DNA of 64,000 bases from Nemertoderma westbladi (Eukaryota > Animalia > Xenacoelomorpha): contig JAUCBJ010001800.1 in the NCBI GenBank assembly GCA_032718475.1, positions 16,862-80,861 of the forward strand, read 5' to 3'. How positions within the stretch are numbered: the stretch's first letter is position 1; each line of letters begins with the position of its first letter. A program made the translations under genes and the position numbers. Of the stretch, positions 37,149 through 47,700 are shown one piece after another. Under the pieces are notes generated by a model. The model saw only the letters and a program-made list of their open reading frames with translations. It was not told where the DNA came from and searched no databases.

Positions 37149-39053
37149 TATAGAATTATATTCTCTAAATGCCGTGGATTTTCAAAATTTTTATTTTATT
37201 CGAATTAACTTTGTTAAAAGATTACATTAAGTCCTCATTTGTATTTGCTATATCTATTTGTACGATGATTAGTCAAGTGGTTCAGTAGCTCAGTCGGTAG
37301 AGCGTTGGAAATTATATGTAGTGTGTATTGAGTTCGAATCCTTATTATTTTTTGTGCAGAATTTCAACTCATTTAAATTGACCGCTACAAATTAATTGCA
37401 TTTGCTCGAAGTAAGATTAACCAATGAGACTGTAGTTATTAGATTGTAACCAATGTCGTACAAGTTATATATTTGCTGGACCAATAGCTATCTTTAAAAA
37501 CCTGTTAGAACTCATAGAACAATCGAGAATTTTCTCGATTGATTGCGGCACAAATTTGGTATAAAAGGTGCGATTTCGTTCATTAGTTATATATCTAAAT
37601 CAGATTATATCTAAATCTCAGTCTATATCTCAATCATTCGTGATTTAGATTATCTTTATCTATTAGTTTCTTGTTACGTTTATGTATATCTTCTGTAATA
37701 AAGTCAGAATTATCGCTAATCTGCCCTTTTTCTATCTGTTCTACTATGCTTCACCACGGTGAACTCAACTGAGGGACAGGATGGCTGGCTAAACATCGGG
37801 CCACAGCAATGAACGGGAACATCTAAGGAATGTAGACAGGAGACAACCCGCAATATCACTCTTAGTTATTCGCCCATCGCCTGAAAGGTTAGACAGCGTT
37901 CGATGCCTTGCTACCTAAGTATAAGACCAAAGATCGAAGGTAGAGGTAGTGACACGCTGTACGCCTAAAATTACATCTAGGGACTGTACTGTTTTAATTC
38001 GGGAAAAAACCGCAGTAGACCTTCATATTCCTACGGGGGGAGAGCAGGCAGAGATACTAGTACGCAGATAGGACGTAGGCACACCGGTACAAAGCATACA
38101 CATTGGTAGGGTGCAGCAAACTGTACGCCTAACTCTTGCTAAGTACAGGTGCGTCTGTGACTATTTGTAGTACAACGGTGTCCATTGCATTAGAACTTGT
38201 AGGCCAGGAGGGTTACTGTGTTTCACCTGAATTAGGATTGTACCGTTCAGGCGGTAGGGCAGTTTACGACTAGGCGCAAATAAATTGAGGCTAATTAGGG
38301 ATACTAACATCTACCGTGTCCCCGCCGACATCCTGATAGGAAGTTACCAAGCCCACCTAGGTAACCAAAATTCTAGATAGGACGCCAGGCTAGCTATTAG
38401 TAACCGTACGCCTACTGTAGTAAACTAACACATTTCTTCTTAGCATTAGGGACCTGGTAAATTAAAATTGCCGAATTCTGGGCGTAGCATTAACCTTATG
38501 CCCGAATTTGAGTCCTGGAAATACGCAAGAGGGGAAGGAGCCTTATCATTCGTGAGTATTGGACCTACAAGTTACAAAATTAGAATATTCGTAAAATGCA
38601 CACCGTACCCAGTAATTATATATATGAAGGAGCAAAACTGATCTTGACGGTTCAGAATTAACACACGCGAGTTAGAAATTATTTACACCTCAAAATATAT
38701 AAAATTAACTTTTGTCCGTACTGCACTTTGCCCGCTAGTTAGACATCTCCAGATCTCTGCACCTAGCTAGCGTCCTTTTCGCCCAACCATATAAATCACA
38801 CCGCGGCAAAGTATACGAGCCCCTTAGTCCGTCAGTGAGTCAGCCTGATTTTAGGATTCGCTGCGCGGGATTTTGTTTTATCGAAGTTTGTCCGTTCGTA
38901 GACTGTTTTCTGCCTCACCGGTTATAAGAGACCGATACTGCAATATATTCGCTTACTTGGAGTTTACTGTTTTGGTGATAAGGTCGGATTTATGATTTGA
39001 TTCACAAACTCTACAGTAGGATATTGCAGGTATTGTTACTGTCTCTTCATTTA
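37149..39053 (+). repeat. 5' LTR of element B (1905 bp; termini TA…TA)
   Basis: Direct repeat of 53854-55769. TATA-like TATAAAAG at 37560; AATAAA at about 37697 and 38279. Confidence 0.95.
37279..37353 (+). ncRNA. tRNA-like Pol III cassette (A box, B box, T-tract) inside the LTR of B; second copy at about 53985-54069
   Basis: TAGCTCAGTCGGTAGAGC (D-arm / A box), GAGTTCGAATCC (B box), then a T tract. Acceptor and anticodon stems do not pair well. Confidence 0.55.
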
Positions 39054-39072
39054 GTAGGAATATGAAGGTCTA
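39054..39072 (+). promoter_or_regulatory. Non-tRNA primer-binding site of B, perfectly complementary to LTR 38016-38034
   Basis: GTAGGAATATGAAGGTCTA is the exact reverse complement of TAGACCTTCATATTCCTAC (38016-38034 and 54732-54750). Confidence 0.8.
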
Positions 39073-39633
39073 AAGTTATTTGAAAATTTTTGTATTTTGA
39101 GGTAAAATTTATATTTGATTAGCTAAGTGCTAATTTTTTGAAATAAAATTTGATTTGAACCGCGTGTAAAATATTTTGCAATTGAATACCGGTGTTTAAA
39201 AGGGTTTAAATACCATATTGTACCGGTACAAAATTTTCGTAAAAGTAAAACCTAACTCTTTTGTTTTTCAGGATTCAGAACTCATTTCTAGACTGTAACG
39301 AGAGCAAGACCGTGTTTAGCAAGTTTGGGAGATAGATAACCCAACAACTTTGGTTGGGAAAATCGCACTTCGTCCGCAACGCTGGAAACGGAAAGGTTCA
39401 CGTCCGGTTTGTATCTGGGAATCTGTTTTTCTGGAGAATTATTGGAGTGGGTGAGTTTGAAAAGTTGCATAAATAAGTTAGGCATTACCGTATTAGTTAA
39501 AATTATTGTGGGTTCCACTGTCTCAAGTATTTATGCATTCTGTACGATTTCTTTGTTCATTGCTGAATTAGTCCGTATTATTGTATTTAATTTACATTTT
39601 GATAACGCATATCGTTATCCGATTTATTTGTTA

Positions 39634-39757
39634 TAAAATTGGCCGCTAGGCTAATTTTATTATATACTTATTCCGTGACATTTATTTGCTGTAAAATTGG
39701 CCGTTTAGGCTAATTTTATCCATCTGCTATAAAATCGGCCGGTAGGCTAATTTTATA
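39634..39757. repeat. Three palindromic hairpins AAAATTGGCC-NNN(N)-AGGCTAATTTT in the leader of B
   Basis: Copies at about 39634, 39693 and 39731. Confidence 0.7.
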
Positions 39758-39842
39758 TGACTGTAATTAGTACCGTTTTGATATAAATACGGTAAATTTG
39801 ATACTTTGACACTCACATTTTACTTGACTTACAACTACCGAA

Positions 39843-42800
39843 ATGAGTGACAAACAAGACTATACGAAGAATACACCTACCGACTATGACTCATGTGACG
39901 CGGATAAGTCAGCAGCGGAAGAACTACAAGGGAAGACTTGTGAGCCTACCGAACCTACACCGTGTGCGTCACCAGTACATCCAACGGGAGTACCGGATGC
40001 CGTAGTACGAGGCGACGGCAGGACTGAGGATTTCCTAACGGTCCCGCAACCTAGATACAGGGAAACGGAGATGGTAAGTTCAGTAGGAAGCACAGAAAGT
40101 GTGGTTAGAAGCGTCGGAGGCTACATGGCGCATATTACTAGGAGTATTGGAGAAGGCCAACGCGTATTAGACGAGTTGACCGCTCCGATGTCTCGATTCG
40201 AGTTCTACACCCTCCAGGTTAGAGTACAAAGTAGAGTACATAAGTACGTAGATAATCTAATTGGTCTACAAGATCTAGCTAGACAGAGACAGGATGTGGA
40301 TACTCAACTTAGAATCCTCGAGAAACTAATGATCGCTAGAGAGAAACTGATTCAGTTTAAGTCGACGATTAGGCAGATACAACAGGAACAAGCGGACCAG
40401 TTGTTAGGTGAGTCAGTTTCGGACGAATTATTGCAGCCCGAGGAAGAACAGGAACTGTACCGACTGGATGGACAATTGAAACATCTGACGGACCACTTAC
40501 GTATGTGCGGTGAAGACGTCGGCGATTTGGAAACCGTGCCGGAATATACGAGGGAAACTTCACCCGTACAAATCGAATCGGCACCGGGAATACTGGACCA
40601 ATCGTTAGTGAGTATTGGCGAGGTAAGTATAGTGACGTCAGAAATTTCCAGACAGCAACAACAGCACTATAGACAACAACGGGAAATTGAGGAACAAACT
40701 CAACTGTTGACGGTACAAGCGGCGGTAGAAGAAGAAAAACTACGCGTTGCAAATGTTGCAAGAATCTCTCATCTGCAAGAACAAGCCGAGTTGGAAGCAG
40801 CTGAGATGGAAAGGTTGGAGCTAGAAATAGCACAGCGAACAGCGGCAGCTGAGTTAGCGCAACAAGCGGCAGCAGCTGAGTTAGAACGACGAGCGGCAGC
40901 AGCTGAGTTAGAACGACGAGCAGCAGCAGCGGAACTAGAGCGACGAGCAGCGGAGTTGGAAGAACACAAGCGAGTTTCGGAAGTAAGAGCTGAGATGAAA
41001 AAACGGCAAATAAAGGCTCAATCAGCTATACGACAAGCGGAGTTCGAGGCGCAACAACAACAGACGGAACAACGCGAGAAAGAAGTTAAACTTCATTTCG
41101 AACTCGAGAAGAAGGCGAGAGAATTAGCCAACGCGAAGGAAGATCTGGATCTACAAGCCCGCGATCGATCGATGAGATCTCGTGACGGACATGATTTGGA
41201 CCAGATAGAGGTAAGGCACCGCCAAATTCAGGAACGAATGAAGGAAGGAAGTGTAGGGGCACCTGGGCGAGAAAGACAATTAGTTAAAGACTTATGTCAA
41301 AGATTCCCTCAAGTAACTCCTATGTTTGCACCAGTTACGACTAAGGAACCTGTTTCGATTGCTGGTAGTAGTAATATTTCTCCTATCCATGGTGCGACGG
41401 AACACAGGTTTGTTATTCCGGACAAGTTTACACCGCCAAGAGCAACGTCATCGCCTATTCTGAAAGTCAAGGTAAGTAACCCACCGATTATAGATCGTAG
41501 TAGTTTGTTGACCAGACCTGCACTGCTGACGACTAAACAGGTGAGTCCACCTTTGACACCAAAACCCGTTACGCACTACACGTACCCAATGACGTTTAGG
41601 CCTACAAGGCCTTTAGATTCAAACGCTGTCATTCGACCACCGTTTAATCAGTTTACATCGCAATCTACAACTTCGAGGAAGACTTGTGAGCCTACCAAAC
41701 AACGGAGAACAGTGGATACGCGACCGTTTAATCAGTTTACATCGCAATCTACAACTTCGAGGAAGACTTGTGAGCCTACCGAACAACGGAGAACAGTGGA
41801 TACGCGACCGTTTAATCAGTTTACATCGCAATCTACAACTTCGAGGAAGACTTGTGAGCCTACCGAACAACGGAGAACAGTGGATGATGTTCCGAAACGG
41901 AATGTTAGAATTCGAACGACACAACGGACGCGAGCACGTCGACCAACATATCCAGGTGACAGTAGTACTTCAAGCGAGTCGGATTACCCGGAACGCGAGG
42001 TATTTAGAACAGGAGCGGCCGACGAATATAAACGTGAGCGTTCAGATAACTCCTTTATCGATAATCCTCCACACAATACACCAACACAGAAAGCGTTACA
42101 ACCAACAGACGCGATTAGTACGCAACAATTCGCCGATCTAATGCGACCAGTTGTAGACAAGTTGGCCCAGATAGAAGAACGTTTAGAAGAAACTCAAACT
42201 GATAGTTCGCGAGGTAACGAACACTCTAGACACCCGAAGCAGCAAAGAAAACAACCCTCGAGAAACACCTCGTATCAAGGAAAAGCGCCAAGACGAGAGA
42301 ACATCAACTCGATTGCCAACCAAGGACGCGAAACTTTGAACGTGGCCGAGGAGATAGCAAAATTTGCAGCGAGACAAGGACTACCGGTGCAACAACCACT
42401 GAAGTTTTCCGGTAACTCGAAACATTGGCACACCTTTGAGGACTACATCGAAACACAAATAGCAGCGTGCGCCTTTACATCAAGGGAAAAATTCAACTAC
42501 CTGCTACAAACGCTGACGGGAGAACCGAAACGTTTAGCGGAGACCTTTGTCGGTGTACCAGACGCCTTCGAACTAGCGTACGATCGCTTAACTTCGATTT
42601 ACGGAGGCACCGTAAGCATGGCTAAGTCAGTCATAGAAGAACTCTGTAAGGGGGGGGCTATAACAAAACCCGTTGACTTACTGAAATTAGCTGACGAGAT
42701 TAAGAACGCCATTACTACACTACGCTCGATTGGACAACTTGACTACGCGAACACTCCGACAGTCCTATTGAAAATAATAGGAAGATTACACCATCGACTT

Positions 42801-42860
42801 CGTCGGGAGTGGCGAAAGATAGAATATCAGCGAGAAGAGAGGAGAAGAGCGGATTCTTGA
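39843..42860 (+). CDS. gag: Element B gag (coiled coil plus DUF1759-like core), ends at a frameshift
   Basis: PLKFSGNSKHWHTF…EKFNYLLQTLTGEPK. Contains AAAELERR repeats and an 84-bp x3 repeat at 41635-41885. Confidence 0.85.
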   Translation: MSDKQDYTKNTPTDYDSCDADKSAAEELQGKTCEPTEPTPCASPVHPTGVPDAVVRGDGRTEDFLTVPQPRYRETEMVSSVGSTESVVRSVGGYMAHITRSIGEGQRVLDELTAPMSRFEFYTLQVRVQSRVHKYVDNLIGLQDLARQRQDVDTQLRILEKLMIAREKLIQFKSTIRQIQQEQADQLLGESVSDELLQPEEEQELYRLDGQLKHLTDHLRMCGEDVGDLETVPEYTRETSPVQIESAPGILDQSLVSIGEVSIVTSEISRQQQQHYRQQREIEEQTQLLTVQAAVEEEKLRVANVARISHLQEQAELEAAEMERLELEIAQRTAAAELAQQAAAAELERRAAAAELERRAAAAELERRAAELEEHKRVSEVRAEMKKRQIKAQSAIRQAEFEAQQQQTEQREKEVKLHFELEKKARELANAKEDLDLQARDRSMRSRDGHDLDQIEVRHRQIQERMKEGSVGAPGRERQLVKDLCQRFPQVTPMFAPVTTKEPVSIAGSSNISPIHGATEHRFVIPDKFTPPRATSSPILKVKVSNPPIIDRSSLLTRPALLTTKQVSPPLTPKPVTHYTYPMTFRPTRPLDSNAVIRPPFNQFTSQSTTSRKTCEPTKQRRTVDTRPFNQFTSQSTTSRKTCEPTEQRRTVDTRPFNQFTSQSTTSRKTCEPTEQRRTVDDVPKRNVRIRTTQRTRARRPTYPGDSSTSSESDYPEREVFRTGAADEYKRERSDNSFIDNPPHNTPTQKALQPTDAISTQQFADLMRPVVDKLAQIEERLEETQTDSSRGNEHSRHPKQQRKQPSRNTSYQGKAPRRENINSIANQGRETLNVAEEIAKFAARQGLPVQQPLKFSGNSKHWHTFEDYIETQIAACAFTSREKFNYLLQTLTGEPKRLAETFVGVPDAFELAYDRLTSIYGGTVSMAKSVIEELCKGGAITKPVDLLKLADEIKNAITTLRSIGQLDYANTPTVLLKIIGRLHHRLRREWRKIEYQREERRRADS

Positions 42861-44632
42861 AGTTGGAAGACGTCTACTTACTGATATCCAGAGAGGCAGT
42901 AGTCGAGACGCGTTCGAACTACACGGACCACCATATTGTGGCGGAAGGAATAACCTTACCATCCTCCAACAGACAAAAACCACCGATGACATCCACAAAG
43001 ACGGTTACCTACGCAACATCGACCGACACCCGACAATTTTCGGACAGTAATAAGGTATCCGCACCAATTGGAACCAAACAGATCCGACAGCAACTGAGCA
43101 CAGACTTTAGCGGTTGCCAATATTGCGAACGGCTAGGTTAATGACATACTAGCCATAAACTGAGAGGTTTTCGACTATTCCGCGAATTGAACTCGGAGGA
43201 ACGACGACTGCAAATACGGCCATTGGACTCTTGTTGGCGGTGTACGCTACATGGACATGTCCGTAAAGACTGCCCAAATACAGACACCTGTCCTTCCTGT
43301 GGACGCAACCATGGCGGTTTGCTCAACACAGACAGTCATACGCCGACAAAACGCTTCACCAGGGAACACCCGGAAGCGGCAGCAAGATGCAACACAGCAT
43401 ATAAGGGTCGAGAGTCAAAAACAACACCGACTTTCGTGACATACATTAGAGATTGCTTCTCGGAACAATCAGGATCGTCGGATGAAGAGTCGGAAGACGA
43501 AGACGTTTACTTTGATACTGGAGACGAACAACCATCGATTGCGCTTCTGACGCCTGATCAACTAAAGGGGTTTAGTATAATTCCTGTCAAGATTACTGGC
43601 ACCAAAGGGAGCAAAAGGATCTACGCTATCCTGGATTCAGCCTCATCTCATAGCTACGTGGATGAGAAAGTAGCTGATGTTGTGACGGATCTCCGACAAG
43701 GTAAGAACGTCAGTTACACCGTAAGTAGTATGCATGGACAACGTGCAATACCAGTGACACGAGTTAAGTTGAACTTAGACACTCTTCTTCCGAAATCACA
43801 ACATAGCGAAAAGGAGAGGTCTTTGTTACCCTTTAAAGATTTAACCGTTGCGGCCACAAAGGACTTTAGTAACCTACTAGGTCCTGTCCCAGAACAATCC
43901 TTGGAGGACCGTAAGTACTTCAGACACCTTGGTGTACCTGAATGTCCTGTCAACTATAGGTCGGTAGCAATGCTGATCGGGACAGATCAATTCAACCTAC
44001 ATCAAGTGTGGGAAACCAGACCATCGGCAGTCGTAGCGGGAAACGCATACGCCTGTAGAACGCCGATAGGGTGGTATACTCGAGCGCCTGTGCGCACACT
44101 GGATATAAGTGACGAGGAAGACGATATACAAAGTACATGTAGTTTATTAACTACAACTTCGACTCATTCCTTTTCACACGACGTAGACTATACTACACTA
44201 CATTCGACAAAACATGACACGACGTGTGTAGTGAGTATGATAAGTCACAAGGAGCAGCTAATCCACCAGGTGAGTTTAGAACTTGGGAAGAAGACGAGTC
44301 AGCCAGAGATTCCATCGACGACAGATGATAACGCCGGAAGGCTTGCGAGTCTACCTCAACCAATAACCTCAACAATGCCCGTCGATATCGATGATGACGC
44401 GTTAAGAAATCATCAAGTGGAACAAGCTGCACTGGACAAAGAATTAACGGAGAAGACTATCAGGTGGTTAGAACAAGATACAGCCGAACCTGGTAGCTAT
44501 GAACCATGTATGTCGGAACAAGAGAAACAATCTTTGAAGATCATGGAAGATACTATCCGCCAGACGAAAGACGGACATTATGAGGTAGGGGTGCTATGCC
44601 GTAACCAACGTCCTAAACTTATAAATAACTAG
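42809..44632 (+). pseudogene. pol: Element B gag knuckles plus aspartic protease (broken by a stop or frameshift)
   Basis: CQYCERLG*, CWRCTLHGHVRKDC, CPSCGRNHGGLL, AILDSASSHSY, LIGTD. Confidence 0.8.
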
Positions 44633-44706
44633 CCTTAAGACGTTTACACTCAATACGACAACGTCTATTAAAGGACGAGAAAGCCCATCTGCAGTATAAT
44701 ACTCAG

Positions 44707-47700
44707 ATGGAGACGTATTTAACGAAGGGATACGCTATCAGAATAACTAACCCAGAGATTGTGACTGACCAGACATACTACTTGCCACATCACTACGTGA
44801 GACACCCCGACAAACCAGACAAAGTACATGTAGTCAATGACTGCGCGGCGCTGTTTGAGGGAATGTCCCTCAATAGTGAGTTAATGGATGGACCAAACAT
44901 GAATAATTATCTCATGGGGGTGATTATGCGCTTCCGTCAGCGTCAAGTAGCCTTTACTTGTGACGTCGAAGCTATGTTTCACCAAGTGCGAGCGTTAGAG
45001 CGAGACAGAGACAGTTTTAGGTTCCTCTGGTACCCGGAAGGAGACTTAAGTCTACCACCGGCGACTTACCAAATGCAAGTTCGCGTTTTCGGTGCCAGGG
45101 ACAGCCCAAACTGTACGATGTACGCCCTAAAGCAAGCCGCTAGGGATCAGAAACATATATATGACCCAGAGATAATCAAGATCGTAGAACGCGACTTTTA
45201 TGTAGATGACGGATTACAGAGTTATGACACAGTAGAACGTGCTATAACAGTAGCACATCAATTACGGGACTGCTTAGCGGGCGGAGGTTTTAACCTCACC
45301 AAATTCGCCTCAAACAGTGCCGAATTGGTAGACTCATTCGGAACGACTGAGCGTGGAGGTGGTGACATTGACCTAGAGTTCGAACTACTACCGACGACCA
45401 AGGTGTTGGGGCTCTTTTGGGACCCAAACACGGACAACTTTCGAGTGAAGGTGAGACTGGACACTCAAGAAAACACTCTGACAAAGAGATCCTGCTTGTC
45501 AAAATTGAGTCGATTGTTCGATCCATTAGGTTTCATCAGCCCAATAATACTGCAAGCCAGAATTTATATGCGCAGTATTTGGAAGGATGGACTGACATGG
45601 GACGAGCCGATCTCATCAGAACAAGTGGACTTATGGAAAACCTGGGAGGCAGAATTATCTTCACTAGAGGATTATTCCATACCCAGAGTGTACTTTCCAT
45701 TACAAACGACATTTCCTGACAATTTGGAATTACATTGTTTTTCCGATGCCAGTGACAACGGCTTTGGTGTGGCAGCGTATTTACGCAGACAAGTAGACTC
45801 AGACGAGTTTGATGTTTCGCTCATTACTTCTAAGGCTAAAACCATGCCTACTAAGTATATGACGACACCATGCGCTGAGCTACAAGCCGCAACCCTGTCA
45901 ACCACAATCGTGAACCTTATACAGACGGAACTACAGTCAAGTTTACAGATATTTTATTGGACTGACGCGACGTTGGTTTTATTTTACATAAACAACGACA
46001 CACTTGAATTCAAGACATTCGTAGCTAACCGTCGCGCAGAAATTCTAGACCGTTCAATAAAGGAAGATTGGCGACATTGTCCCGGACCACAAAACCCAGC
46101 CGATATTGCGTCACGAGGAATGATGCCCGAGGAATTCTGTAAACCGGAGAACAAAGAATTTTGGCAGCACGGACCACAATTCTTGCAAAGATCAACACTA
46201 CATTGGCCGCCACTATACGACAACAAGTCTAACACTATCCCTAAAGACGCCGAAATTAAAAAACCAAAGAAAGGGAAAGCAAAGAAAAGGACGGCGGCTA
46301 AACTCAAGAAAAAACCAAAGGCGAAATGGAAAGATATAACTTCAAAGGTCAAGAACGGAAGACTTGCGAGCCTTTCTACACCAGACATATCGCCAGATGA
46401 TCAACCAGACACGTTACCAGACGTATCGCCAGACGCGTTACTAGACGGTCAACCAGACGTTTTGCCAGACATGTCACTAGATATTTCGCCGGATGTTCCG
46501 CGAAACATTTTACCAGACATGTCACAAAATGTTCTACCAGACACTAGTAACATATTGACAAATAGTAAAGCCGCAGTTTCTCTATTGGAGCGGCCTTCTA
46601 TTGACAAACAACCAGACGCGTTACTAGACGGTCAACCAGACGTTTTGCCAGACACGTCACTAGATATTTCACCAGATGTTCCGCGAAACATTTTACCAGA
46701 CATGTCACAAAATGTTCTACCAGACACTAGTAACATATTGACAAATAGTAAAGCCGCAGTTTCCCTATTGGAGCGGCCTTGTATTGACAAACTACCAAAT
46801 TTGACACACTTGAGCAACCATAAGCACAGTGAAACCTCATGTATTACAGATGTGGGTAGTACCTACGCTAATGTAAATACAGGTGTTACTTTGCGCTCAA
46901 GAGACATACCAAACTTGCAACCTATGGTGAGAACCGGGATTAATATCGGCAGAAAATTAAGTTTACCGAAACCCAGTGACCCCATAGAGTTCAAACCACC
47001 ATTAACGATCGACTTACAAAGTACCGACAATCAAGGTAAGAAGACAAAGAAGGACAAATTACTTGTAGACCCGGATGGATCAACAGTCAACAAGGGAATA
47101 CCTACCGGCGCACCCATGGGCCCTTCTAGTAATTCAAAACCTTCCAAATTCTCCATTGACTTACCTGATGACGTCACAAATACTTACGTCGACCGTATTG
47201 TAAACTTAACAGATTCTTGGACAAACGCTTGCCGAAAATTAGCGTGGATTGTACGTTTTGTACAATACGTTAAAGGCAAACGAGACTTTACACGTCGACT
47301 TACATTGACTGAGATTGACAGGTGTGAAATTAAATTAATTCGCCATTACCAACTGCGATATTTTGCGCGCGAATTCACATCTATAAGTCAAGGTCAACCA
47401 ATCAAGTCGTCACCAATATTGAGTTGGAGTCCGATAATTTATAATGGCTTAATTTGTCATAAATCTCGGCTTCAAAACATTGACTTTAACACAAACTTTA
47501 GATACCCAATAATAATACCGCAGCATCACGAATTACAACGTGCAATGATACTGGACGCACATTTACATCTGAAACACGCTGGAAGACACCACTGTCTTTC
47601 CTACTTACGTACAAGATTTGTATTAATTAGACCCAGTAAAGCGTTAAGTTTAGTGACACGTACGTGTATTATTTGTAAAAAGGTACATTCTAGAATAGGT

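Noticed and set aside
37279-37353. Functional tRNA gene or tRNA-like primer
   Set aside because: Acceptor, anticodon and T stems do not pair, and it is not complementary to the PBS. Kept only as a tRNA-like cassette.
38035-38120. Self-cleaving ribozyme next to the anti-PBS
   Set aside because: No hammerhead core (CTGATGA…GAAA) or HDV-like fold recognisable by eye in A or B. An Infernal search would be needed.
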